From contig JAZDOG010000036.1 in the NCBI GenBank assembly GCA_043798915.1, positions 1-37,900 of the forward strand: DNA of 37,900 bases, given 5' to 3'. This document shows, one piece after another, positions 27,680 through 37,208 of the stretch (the first letter of the stretch is position 1; each line of letters begins with the position of its first letter). Both the position numbers and the translations under genes were made by a program. The stretch comes from Pseudomonadota bacterium (GTDB taxonomy: Bacteria; UBA10199; 2-02-FULL-44-16; JAAZCA01). The notes beneath the pieces were generated by a model, which saw only the letters and a list, made by a program, of their open reading frames with translations, did not search any database and had not been told where the DNA came from.

Positions 27680-27756
27680 CCCGGCAATCAATAGCCGACA
27701 GTCCGGCGAATATCAAGCCCTTGCGGGCAGGCTGCAAATGGGCTACAGGCCATCAT

Positions 27757-29799
<2,043 letters not shown>

Positions 29800-29910
29800 T
29801 TTGCTGCACACTGCATCAAAACGCAGCACCCACCTTAAAGCCTCCGAGGCAAGGCTATTTGTACCACATTGTTTTCACTTATAAATTTTCCATCATCACA
29901 TTGTCATCTA

Positions 29911-29927
29911 TTGGCATGCTTCTTGCT
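29911..29927 (+). promoter_or_regulatory. sigma54 (-24/-12) promoter
   Basis: TTGGCATG-CTTC-TTGCT matches TGGCAYR-N4-TTGCW; upstream of the ORF6N gene. Confidence 0.7.
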
Positions 29928-29943
29928 CTCTTGGTCGTCGGAT

Positions 29944-29964
29944 CTGGTCACAATTTGTGACCAG
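29944..29964. promoter_or_regulatory. Perfect palindrome, operator-like
   Basis: CTGGTCACAA-T-TTGTGACCAG; related palindrome inside the downstream CDS at 30200-30226. Confidence 0.65.
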
Positions 29965-29998
29965 CTTCCCAAGACACCACATATTACGGAGCGACATC

Positions 29999-30529
29999 AT
30001 GATAGATCATGTCGGTATGATTCCTATGCGGACGATAGAAGAACGGATCTTCTTGATAAGGGGGCAACGCGTAATGATAGACGCAGACCTGGCCAATCTA
30101 TACGGCGTTTCCACAAAGAGGCTTCACGAGCAGGTCAAAAGAAACATCGCGCGTTTTCCACCTGATTTTATGCTCACGCTCACATCTGATGAGTTGAAGG
30201 AACTGGTCGCAAATTGCGACCAGTTCAAAAAACTCAAGCATTCTAGCGTGTTACCACGTGCATTCGCGGAGCACGGGGCATTGATGCTCGCCAGCGTACT
30301 CAACACACCACGCGCGATCGAAGTCAGCGTCTTGGTAGTAAGGGCCTTCGTCAAGCTGCGGGAGATTCTGTCGACGCATAAGGAACTAGTTTACAAGCTG
30401 AATGAGCTTGAGCGCAACATTGCAACGCATGACAAGGCGATCCAATCATTATTTGCGGCCATTCGCCAACTGATGAAACCGCCTGAATCAACACAGCGCC
30501 GCATTGGCTTCTATGTTAAGCAAAATTGA
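29999..30529 (+). CDS. ORF6N domain DNA-binding protein
   Basis: IRGQRVMIDADLA.LYGV.TKRL.EQVKRN..RFP.DFM.L, PRAFAEHGALMLASVL, RAFVKLR, RRIGF; SD GGAG. Confidence 0.9.
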   Translation: MIDHVGMIPMRTIEERIFLIRGQRVMIDADLANLYGVSTKRLHEQVKRNIARFPPDFMLTLTSDELKELVANCDQFKKLKHSSVLPRAFAEHGALMLASVLNTPRAIEVSVLVVRAFVKLREILSTHKELVYKLNELERNIATHDKAIQSLFAAIRQLMKPPESTQRRIGFYVKQN

Positions 30530-30593
30530 CGGGATTGTTGTCGACCGCAAGTAAACCTGCTCTGATTTATGGCGGGCTGTTTCCGAAGTCATC

Positions 30594-30628
30594 CTCCCCC
30601 TTTGTAAGGGGGAGTTAGAGGGGGTAGA
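30594..30628. repeat. Single REP-like unit, same family as copies A-C
   Basis: CTCCCCCTTTGTAAGGGGGAG-TTAGAGGGGGTAGA. Confidence 0.78.
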
Positions 30629-30660
30629 CCATGTAACTGGTTTGAGGCGCGCTGATGTTT

Positions 30661-31130
30661 TCATTCTGGGATAACTATCTTAGATCCCAACCCCGCTTTC
30701 GCCACAGCAGCGGCAATCGACTGAAGGGCATAGTAACGACTCCCGGGGTCTGTAATTTTTTCCGCTATGACAATCAAACGCTCAAAGAACGGCATCCCCT
30801 TCCCTTTCAGCCCCGCATCTTCAAAGGCAGAGGCAATCGACTGAAGGGCATCGGAACGATCAGATAGTTCTTCAGATTCCTCCGCATCGGCAATCGCAGC
30901 GGCAATTTGTTTTTCCAATTTTATAAGAAGGAGGTCCCCTTCCGGAGCTTCAAAAAGAGCCAGTTCCTCTGACACGCGATCCCGGTCCGAAACGGTCCTC
31001 CGCGACCCGCGCCAATCGACTATCTTGACCGTTGGATACTCGTGAACGTTGTATTGCCTCGCCAGGCCCTCGTTTTCCGTTCGAAGCCAAAGATACTGCC
31101 CTTTTCCTCGCCCTGCCATTTTGTCAAAAA
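30661..31130 (-). pseudogene. Probable 5'-truncated gene: thioredoxin-like fragment plus 40-aa helical repeats
   Basis: LARQYNVHEYPTVKIVD fragment; ALQSIA repeat (20-bp exact repeat at 30712-30731 and 30832-30851, 120 bp apart); the ORF-track ATG at 31143 lies inside the opposite-strand AbiEii fragment. Confidence 0.5.
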
Positions 31131-31557
31131 GCAGAACTTTCATATCAAACTGGAAATCAATACGGAGGATGTCGTCCCGTCTGAGCTGAAGGTCCTGTAT
31201 TCAGAACTGGCGCCGGCATCGTTTCATCTGCAGGTCATGCGGGTTGATTATCTGGTCGCCCAGAAGATCAGGGCGCTGATGCAGAGGGGCAAGGGTCGCG
31301 ACCTTCTCGACCTGTGGTTCATTTTGAAAACCGGTCTTCCGGTCAAACGGGGGCTGGTCTCGGAGTTGACCGGCGTGAAGGAAGGCGATCTCATGGGCGA
31401 GATTGAAAGCCGTGTGTCGAAGCTCGCCGAAAAAGACATCGCGGCAGATATGAACCCTTTTATCAGGCCAGCGCTCAGAAACTGGGCCAAAAAGGATATG
31501 AAAAAGGACATCCTGCAGATGCTCAAGGCATTCGATCTTCTCAATCAAAACGCCTGA
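31126..31557 (+). pseudogene. C-terminal fragment of an AbiEii/AbiGii-family nucleotidyltransferase toxin
   Basis: IKLEINTE...LVAQKIRALMQRGKGRDLLDLWFIL; the N-terminal GGT/R.S.D.D catalytic motifs and an antitoxin gene are absent. Confidence 0.65.
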
Positions 31558-31715
31558 TGAGCGCATAAACAAATGTATCAAGACTGGATCGCGATCGAGG
31601 AATCAATCCTCGCGGCCCCCAACCCTAACATGCCGATATATAAAGACCTTTATTTGGTCGGCGATGCCCCGTTTATTCGCAAGAAGGCCGCCACAAAAAA
31701 TATTTTTCATCCCAC

Positions 31716-31744
31716 GCAACTTTGCCCCCCTCTCCTGCCGATAA
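31716..31744 (+). promoter_or_regulatory. sigma28-like promoter motif, site 4
   Basis: GCAAC-N16-GCCGATAA. Confidence 0.55.
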
Positions 31745-31750
31745 CTATAG

Positions 31751-31823
31751 TGGAACAACGCAGTCACATGAAGTTGACCCCCCTTTTGGGCCCTTCTGCA
31801 ATAGTGTGGAAGGGCTCTTTTTT
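31751..31823 (+). ncRNA. Candidate small RNA (~73 nt)
   Basis: Lies between the site-4 promoter motif and an intrinsic terminator; contains a C-rich stretch GACCCCCCTTTT. Confidence 0.35.
31788..31823 (+). terminator. Intrinsic terminator
   Basis: GGGCCCTTCTGCA-ATAG-TGTGGAAGGGCTC followed by TTTTTT. Confidence 0.75.
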
Positions 31824-31870
31824 CTTGGCGCCATTGACTGCATCCGCCCTCTCTAATATAGGTACCCGCC

Positions 31871-32380
31871 ATGCGACGCGAGATAGTCAAATTTCCCGAT
31901 CCGATCCTCCAGAGAGTTGCCAAGCCTGTGAAAGAGGTGGACGGCGAGGTGCGCGAGATTTTGAACGACCTGGTCGATACGATGTATGCCGAGGACGGCG
32001 TGGGAATAGCCGCGCCGCAGATCGGCGTGGGAAAGCGCCTCGCGGCGATCGACATCACAGGAAGCGATGGCGACACCGGGGCGGGGCTCATCAAGATGGT
32101 CAACCCGGAGATCGTCTCGCGCGATGATGAGATAAAATGGGAGGAGGGCTGCCTCTCGGTCCCCGAAATGAGGGTGAAGATAAAGAGGAGCCGGAAGCTC
32201 ACCGTCCGTTATCTGGACGAGAACGGCACCTCAAAGGAACTCATGGCAGAGGGGTTGCTCGCCGTGGCGATACAGCAGGAGATCGACCACCTCGACGGAA
32301 AACTCATCATCGACTATGCCTCCCGGCTCAAGCAGGACATGTATATTAAAAAACTGAAGCGGGCGGCGAAAGAACAATGA
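31871..32380 (+). CDS. def: Peptide deformylase (motif 3 variant QQEIDH)
   Basis: GVGIAAPQIG, EEGCLSVP, QQEIDHLDG; translationally coupled to fmt. Confidence 0.9.
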   Translation: MRREIVKFPDPILQRVAKPVKEVDGEVREILNDLVDTMYAEDGVGIAAPQIGVGKRLAAIDITGSDGDTGAGLIKMVNPEIVSRDDEIKWEEGCLSVPEMRVKIKRSRKLTVRYLDENGTSKELMAEGLLAVAIQQEIDHLDGKLIIDYASRLKQDMYIKKLKRAAKEQ

Positions 32381-33303
32381 AAATTCTTTTCATGGGTTCC
32401 GCGGCATTTGCAGTTCCGTCGCTCGAGGCGCTTGCAACCTCGGGGCACGAGATCGCCCTGGTCGTGACCCGGCCCGACAAGCCGGCGGGGCGAGGAATGC
32501 ACATCGCCTCCTGCCCGGTGGCCCAAGCCGCCCTCGGCCTCGGCCTGCCGCTCTTCCAGCCGAAGAAGGTGAAGGATGCGGCGGCCATAGATCATTTCCG
32601 CGCGCTCTCGCCTGAGCTCGTCGTCGTCGTCGCCTACGGCCGGATCCTCTCGAAGGAGTTCCTGGAAATTCCGACCCGCGGATGTGTAAACGTGCACGCA
32701 TCGCTCCTGCCAAGCTACCGAGGCGCAGCGCCGATAAACTGGGCTGTCATCAACGGAGAAAAAGAGACCGGCGTGACGACGCAGCGGATAGTCGAGGAAC
32801 TCGATGCCGGCGACATCCTCCTCTCGTGCAGCACCGCGATCGACGAGGCGGAGACGGCAGTCGAACTGCACGACCGGCTTGGGCCCATGGGCGCCGACCT
32901 CCTGACGAAGACGATCGACGGTATCGCGAAAGGCACGATCAAGCCGCGGCCACAGGATTGCGCAAAGGCAACATACGCGCCGATCCTCAAGAAAGAGGAC
33001 GGCCACATCATCTGGTCCGAACCGGCGGCAAAAATTTACAACAGGATACGCGGCTTGAAACCCTGGCCCGGCACCTATGCAAAGCTTGAGGAAAAAACGC
33101 TGAGGATACACGAAGCGGCGGCCCTCCCCGCGGAGCACAAGACCGCCCCGGGCACGGTGATCGAGAGCGGCCCGCATTTGGCCATTGCATGCGGCGAGGG
33201 GGCGCTGTATCTCCTCGAAGTGCAGCTCGAAGGAAAGAAGCGGATGTCGGCTGCGGATTTCTTGCGAGGACACAAGGTCCAGACGGGAACAGTGCTCACA
33301 TGA
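32377..33303 (+). CDS. fmt: Methionyl-tRNA formyltransferase
   Basis: MKILFMGS..FA, PDKPAGRG, VVVAYG, NVHASLLP.YRGAAPI, LDAGDI, PWPG. Confidence 0.96.
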   Translation: MKILFMGSAAFAVPSLEALATSGHEIALVVTRPDKPAGRGMHIASCPVAQAALGLGLPLFQPKKVKDAAAIDHFRALSPELVVVVAYGRILSKEFLEIPTRGCVNVHASLLPSYRGAAPINWAVINGEKETGVTTQRIVEELDAGDILLSCSTAIDEAETAVELHDRLGPMGADLLTKTIDGIAKGTIKPRPQDCAKATYAPILKKEDGHIIWSEPAAKIYNRIRGLKPWPGTYAKLEEKTLRIHEAAALPAEHKTAPGTVIESGPHLAIACGEGALYLLEVQLEGKKRMSAADFLRGHKVQTGTVLT

Positions 33304-33941
33304 AGAGGCTCATCGCACCATCCATACTCTCCGCCGATTTCACGAAGCTCGGCGCCGAGATCAAGGCGGTTGAAAAGGCGGGCGCCGACGTCATCCACAT
33401 CGACGTCATGGACGGACACTTCGTCCCGAACATCACGGTGGGGCCGCCGGTGGTCGCGAAGATCCGCAAGGCCACAAAACTCCCGCTCGACTGCCACCTG
33501 ATGATCGAGCATCCTGAAAAATACATCGACGCATTCAGGGCAGCCGGCGCCGACTGGATATCCGTCCACGTTGAGGCGTGCGACCTCACGGACCTGCTCC
33601 CGAAGATAAGAAACCTCGGCATGAAAGCGGGGTGCGTGATCAATCCGCCCACGCCGCTCAAGGAGATACTGCCATACGTGCCGCTCGCCGACTTTGTCCT
33701 GGTTATGACCGTAAACCCGGGCTTCGGCGGGCAGAAGATGATAGAAACCTGTCTCGAAAAAGTTTCGGCGATAAAGGCCTTCATCGCCGACAAAAAACTT
33801 TCAATTCCTGTCGAGGTGGACGGCGGGATAAATGCAAAGACCATCTCGATGGCCGCAGCCGCCGGCGCGGACATCATCGTCGCCGGCTCGGCGATCTTCG
33901 AATCGGAAGATTACGCCAGCGCAATCAAAGCGCTTCGCTAG
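33300..33941 (+). CDS. rpe: Ribulose-phosphate 3-epimerase
   Basis: IAPSILSADF, HIDVMDGHFVPN, DCHLMI, VMTVNPGFGGQ, EVDGG, VAGSA; ATGA overlap with fmt. Confidence 0.96.
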   Translation: MKRLIAPSILSADFTKLGAEIKAVEKAGADVIHIDVMDGHFVPNITVGPPVVAKIRKATKLPLDCHLMIEHPEKYIDAFRAAGADWISVHVEACDLTDLLPKIRNLGMKAGCVINPPTPLKEILPYVPLADFVLVMTVNPGFGGQKMIETCLEKVSAIKAFIADKKLSIPVEVDGGINAKTISMAAAAGADIIVAGSAIFESEDYASAIKALR

Positions 33942-33949
33942 GATAGGAA

Positions 33950-34849
33950 TTAAAGGTTGCTGGAGGGATTCGGTTCCTCTGCCATCGCATCGCGCATGAG
34001 CGAGTCTATCGACACCCGCTTGGCCTTGGCGGGCCAGCGTTTGACGATATCGTCGACCTTCCCCTCGTCTATCGAATCGATACCCACCCCGCCGGACGCC
34101 AGCGCATCCATGACCGCGGCCTTTTTCTGCGGCAGTTTGTGGTAGAAATCAGGATAGATGAAGAGGGCGCCGCTCCTGAAGATGACGGGCTTGTAGACGA
34201 GCCTGACCGGGACCGGGGCCTCAAGCTGCACGACATACGTCGTCCCCCCGTTCTTGCGGTAGACGCCCCGAAGCGCGGGGTCGGTCCTCTCGGAAAAGCG
34301 GCTCTGCAGGAACCAGCCAAGTTCCGCTGCGTCGGTGTTGTGCATCCTCATGCAGCCGTGCGACACGGGCCTGCCCACCGAATAATCCTTGTTTGTCCCA
34401 TGAAAGAGGATCGCGTCCGACATCGGCATCTTCACGCGCCCGAGGGGATTTCCCGGCCCTGGAGGCGTGGGCTTGGCGCCCCTGGCCCACGGCGCGTTCG
34501 GCGGCGGATACCACCACGGGTTCCACTCGATCTTCTTTATCTCCGATTCCTGCTCTGGCGTCGGATAAACGCCGCTGCCGATCGCGACCGGATTCACCAT
34601 GATCGGCGCCCCGTTCTCATAGACGATCATCTCCATCGCCGGAATGTTCACCTCTATCTTGATATCGGGGTAGATTTTCGCCCCTGCCTTCAGGATATCT
34701 TCGGCCTGCAGAGTAGGAGGGATATGCACCCCCTGTGCCGTGACATTGCCCGCACCGCTGCCAAACGCCAGCGCCAGGAACATCGCCGCAGCCGCCAGAG
34801 GCTCCGCAAGATGAAGGCTGCGACTCTTATCAGTGTCGGTGACAGGCAT
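33950..34849 (-). CDS. L,D-transpeptidase (YkuD family)
   Basis: NPWWYPP, PGPGNPLG, LFHGT, VSHGCMRM (catalytic His/Cys); N-terminal signal-like segment. Confidence 0.9.
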   Translation of the reverse strand: MPVTDTDKSRSLHLAEPLAAAAMFLALAFGSGAGNVTAQGVHIPPTLQAEDILKAGAKIYPDIKIEVNIPAMEMIVYENGAPIMVNPVAIGSGVYPTPEQESEIKKIEWNPWWYPPPNAPWARGAKPTPPGPGNPLGRVKMPMSDAILFHGTNKDYSVGRPVSHGCMRMHNTDAAELGWFLQSRFSERTDPALRGVYRKNGGTTYVVQLEAPVPVRLVYKPVIFRSGALFIYPDFYHKLPQKKAAVMDALASGGVGIDSIDEGKVDDIVKRWPAKAKRVSIDSLMRDAMAEEPNPSSNL

Positions 34850-34874
34850 AGTCCCCCCTGCTGTTTGTAATCAT

Positions 34875-34891
34875 AGCAAGGGGCATGCCAA
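34875..34891 (-). promoter_or_regulatory. sigma54 (-24/-12) promoter
   Basis: Minus strand TTGGCATG-CCCC-TTGCT, about 26 nt upstream of the L,D-transpeptidase start. Confidence 0.7.
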
Positions 34892-35006
34892 GCCGACATA
34901 TGGCAAAGCTCAGTTTAAACCGCTATTTTAGCTGATTTTAAGGCAGGGCGTATAACGTCAGATGCTCAAAAGAGTCAAAAAACACCCATTTGCGTCAAAA
35001 ATCCGA

Positions 35007-36296
35007 CTACTTGATAAGTTTCAGGCCTCTCTCCATCTCATCGATGAGGATCGCCGGCTCCTCAAGGCCCACCGCAACGCGCACACCGCCCGGATCGATG
35101 CCTGCCCGGGCCTGGTCGGCTGGACTTATCGAGCAGTGCGACATCGACGAGGGATGCTCGATGAGCGTCTTGCAGTGGCCGAGGCTCACGGCGAGCGTGT
35201 AGGAGATTGCATTGCTGGCCAGCCAGTTCATGAGTTTTGCGCCTCTCTCCTTCGCTTTGTCCGGTGAACCCTTGAGGACGAAATAGAGGATCGACGACGG
35301 CTTGAATTTCCCGTCGTAGCCAAGCATCTGTTTTTTCGCCAGGGCACGCTGCGGAAAGCTTTCGAGGCCGGGGTAGAGCACGCGCTCGACCTTCGGATGA
35401 TTCGAGAGATACTTCGCAAGCTCCGTGGCCGTCGCCGTGGTGCGGGCGAGCCTCACCGAAAGACTGGGGAGGCCATAGACGATGAAGGGCCACGCATGTC
35501 TCCCGGAGAGGACGGCGCCGAAATCCTTGCGGTAGAGCATGATCTCGCCGAAATAGCGCTTGGGCCCTACGATCACCCCGCCCATGTCGGTGCCATAGCC
35601 TGAAATGTGTTTGGTCAGGCTCTCGATCACGAAATCGGCGCCGAACTCGATCGGCCGCTGGCAGACAGGGCTCGCAAAGGTGTTGTCCACCGCCACGAGG
35701 ATGCGATCCTTCTTGTCCCTCTTCGCGTTCGCCCTGGCGACGACCTTGCACACCGCTTCTATGTCGATGATTTCGAGCGTCGGGTTGATCGGCGTCTCGA
35801 AAAAGACGATCCGCGTCTCGGGGCGTATGAGGCTTGCAAGGTCGGCGCCGTTCAGATGCGCAAACGTCACGTCGACGCCCCGCTTCGGCATCCAGTTCGT
35901 GAAGAGCGAATAGGTGCAGCCGTAGACGGAGTCGTTCGAGATGATATGCTGTCCCTTGCCCGTGAGCGCGCTGGTGAGCGCCGACACCGCCGCCATGCCG
36001 GTGGAGAAGGCGATGGCCATCTCTCCGCGATGCGCCTCCGCCAGCCTGCCCTCGAGCATACTGGTCGTCGGCTCGTCGATGCGCTCGTAGATGTAGATCG
36101 GATCCCTGGTCATCGCGTCGTAGTCGCCGAACTGAGCGAAGCCCTTGGCGCCTCGCTCCACCGAACCCACGCGGTAGATGACGGAGGCGGTCATCGGCGG
36201 GACGACGTGGTGGCTGTAGTCCCACTTCGGCGTCACGTCCTCGCCGTGGATAAGGAACGCCTCCATGTGTTTGGGATGATCTTTGTGGTCGGCCAT
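35007..36296 (-). CDS. PLP-dependent Cys/Met metabolism enzyme, methionine gamma-lyase-like
   Basis: STGMAA, VYGCT (Tyr-x-Cys typical of MGL), FETPINP, VDNTFASP, SLTKH (PLP Lys), AVSLG...LIEHP.SM.H, VRVAVGLE; SD AAGGAG before ATG 36296. Confidence 0.88.
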   Translation of the reverse strand: MADHKDHPKHMEAFLIHGEDVTPKWDYSHHVVPPMTASVIYRVGSVERGAKGFAQFGDYDAMTRDPIYIYERIDEPTTSMLEGRLAEAHRGEMAIAFSTGMAAVSALTSALTGKGQHIISNDSVYGCTYSLFTNWMPKRGVDVTFAHLNGADLASLIRPETRIVFFETPINPTLEIIDIEAVCKVVARANAKRDKKDRILVAVDNTFASPVCQRPIEFGADFVIESLTKHISGYGTDMGGVIVGPKRYFGEIMLYRKDFGAVLSGRHAWPFIVYGLPSLSVRLARTTATATELAKYLSNHPKVERVLYPGLESFPQRALAKKQMLGYDGKFKPSSILYFVLKGSPDKAKERGAKLMNWLASNAISYTLAVSLGHCKTLIEHPSSMSHCSISPADQARAGIDPGGVRVAVGLEEPAILIDEMERGLKLIK

Positions 36297-36323
36297 AGCC
36301 GCTCCTTTCAAGGAGAGAGATTT

Positions 36324-37115
36324 TCAATCGGCTGCTACCAGATGCGTGCCGGGTTGTAAATGACAAGCCAAAGTATTATACGGACACGCATCCTGGCATG
36401 CGTCGCAGCCGTAAGCGTCTCCCTCCTCGCCGCGTTCGATCGTGAGATATGAGATGCACTTCCTCGCGTCCAGCGAGCGGGGCGCGGTGAACGCGCCTCT
36501 GGGACATGCTTCGATGCAGGCCCGGCATCCGGCGCATCGGTCCGCAGCGGACGCGTCGGGCTCAAGCTCCAGGTCGGTTATGATCTCGCCCAGCATGAAC
36601 CACGACCCCAGCTCCTGATTCAAGAGTATCGTGTGTTTTCCGATCCAGCCGAGTCCAGCGCGGGCGGCGAGCGCCTTCTCAAGGATTGGGCTCGTGTCGA
36701 CGCAGATATTCGCCCGGGCGCCGGGCGCGGCCCTGCGCACCGCCTCCCACAAAAGCCCCAGCTTTTTTCTGACTACGTCGTGGTAGTCCGCCCCTCTGGC
36801 GAAGCGGGCGCGCAAGCCCCCCTCACCCCGACCCTCTCCCCCAAGGGGAGAGGGAGCTAACTTAGGTGGATTGTCTAAAGCGATACCATGTTCTCCGTAC
36901 GCAAGCGCGCAGCAGATGACGGACCTGGCCCCGGAAAGAAGCGATGAGGGCTCGCACCGCGCCCTTGGATCGCGCGTGAGCCAGCCCATCGCTGCCGTCC
37001 TCCCCGAATCGATGGCATCGTTCAGATGCAGGAGCCCTTCGACGGGATAAGCGCTCGTTATTCCAACCGATGCAAATCCAACCTCGGCCGCAGCCTTTTT
37101 GATCAGTCCTTCCAT
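36324..37115 (-). CDS. queG: tRNA epoxyqueuosine reductase, compact form
   Basis: GF..VGI, MGWL, ARSVI, ARFARGADYH, VDTSPILEK..A..AGLGWIGK, GSWF.LGEI, CAGCRACIEACP, CISYLTIE, GCDACQDACPYN. Confidence 0.92.
   Translation of the reverse strand: MEGLIKKAAAEVGFASVGITSAYPVEGLLHLNDAIDSGRTAAMGWLTRDPRARCEPSSLLSGARSVICCALAYGEHGIALDNPPKLAPSPLGGEGRGEGGLRARFARGADYHDVVRKKLGLLWEAVRRAAPGARANICVDTSPILEKALAARAGLGWIGKHTILLNQELGSWFMLGEIITDLELEPDASAADRCAGCRACIEACPRGAFTAPRSLDARKCISYLTIERGEEGDAYGCDACQDACPYNTLACHLQPGTHLVAAD
36817..36856 (-). repeat. REP-like palindrome inserted in frame in queG (encodes PSPLGGEGRGEGG)
   Basis: Minus strand CTCCCTCTCCCCTTGGGGGAGAGGGTCGGGGTGAGGGGGG; architecture like the intergenic REP units. 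Confidence 0.75.
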
Positions 37116-37208
37116 ATATATCTTCGGTTTCTATGTGATCCTGCAATATCCTGCAAGAACCGTTGTCGAGTCCGCCGCAAAGACTTATAATGTCGATGGC
37201 GGGTTTAT

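Noticed and set aside
30712..30851. CRISPR-like direct repeats (20 bp, two copies)
   Set aside because: Only two copies, 120 bp apart and in frame with a 40-aa protein repeat; no cas genes.
31042..31557. Intact AbiE type IV toxin-antitoxin system
   Set aside because: The N-terminal catalytic half and the AbiEi antitoxin are missing; the first ~28 codons of the ORF-track call are antisense to another gene.
31573..32127. 184-aa plus-strand ORF upstream of and overlapping def
   Set aside because: It crosses a terminator and promoter motifs, overlaps def out of frame and has no recognisable motifs.
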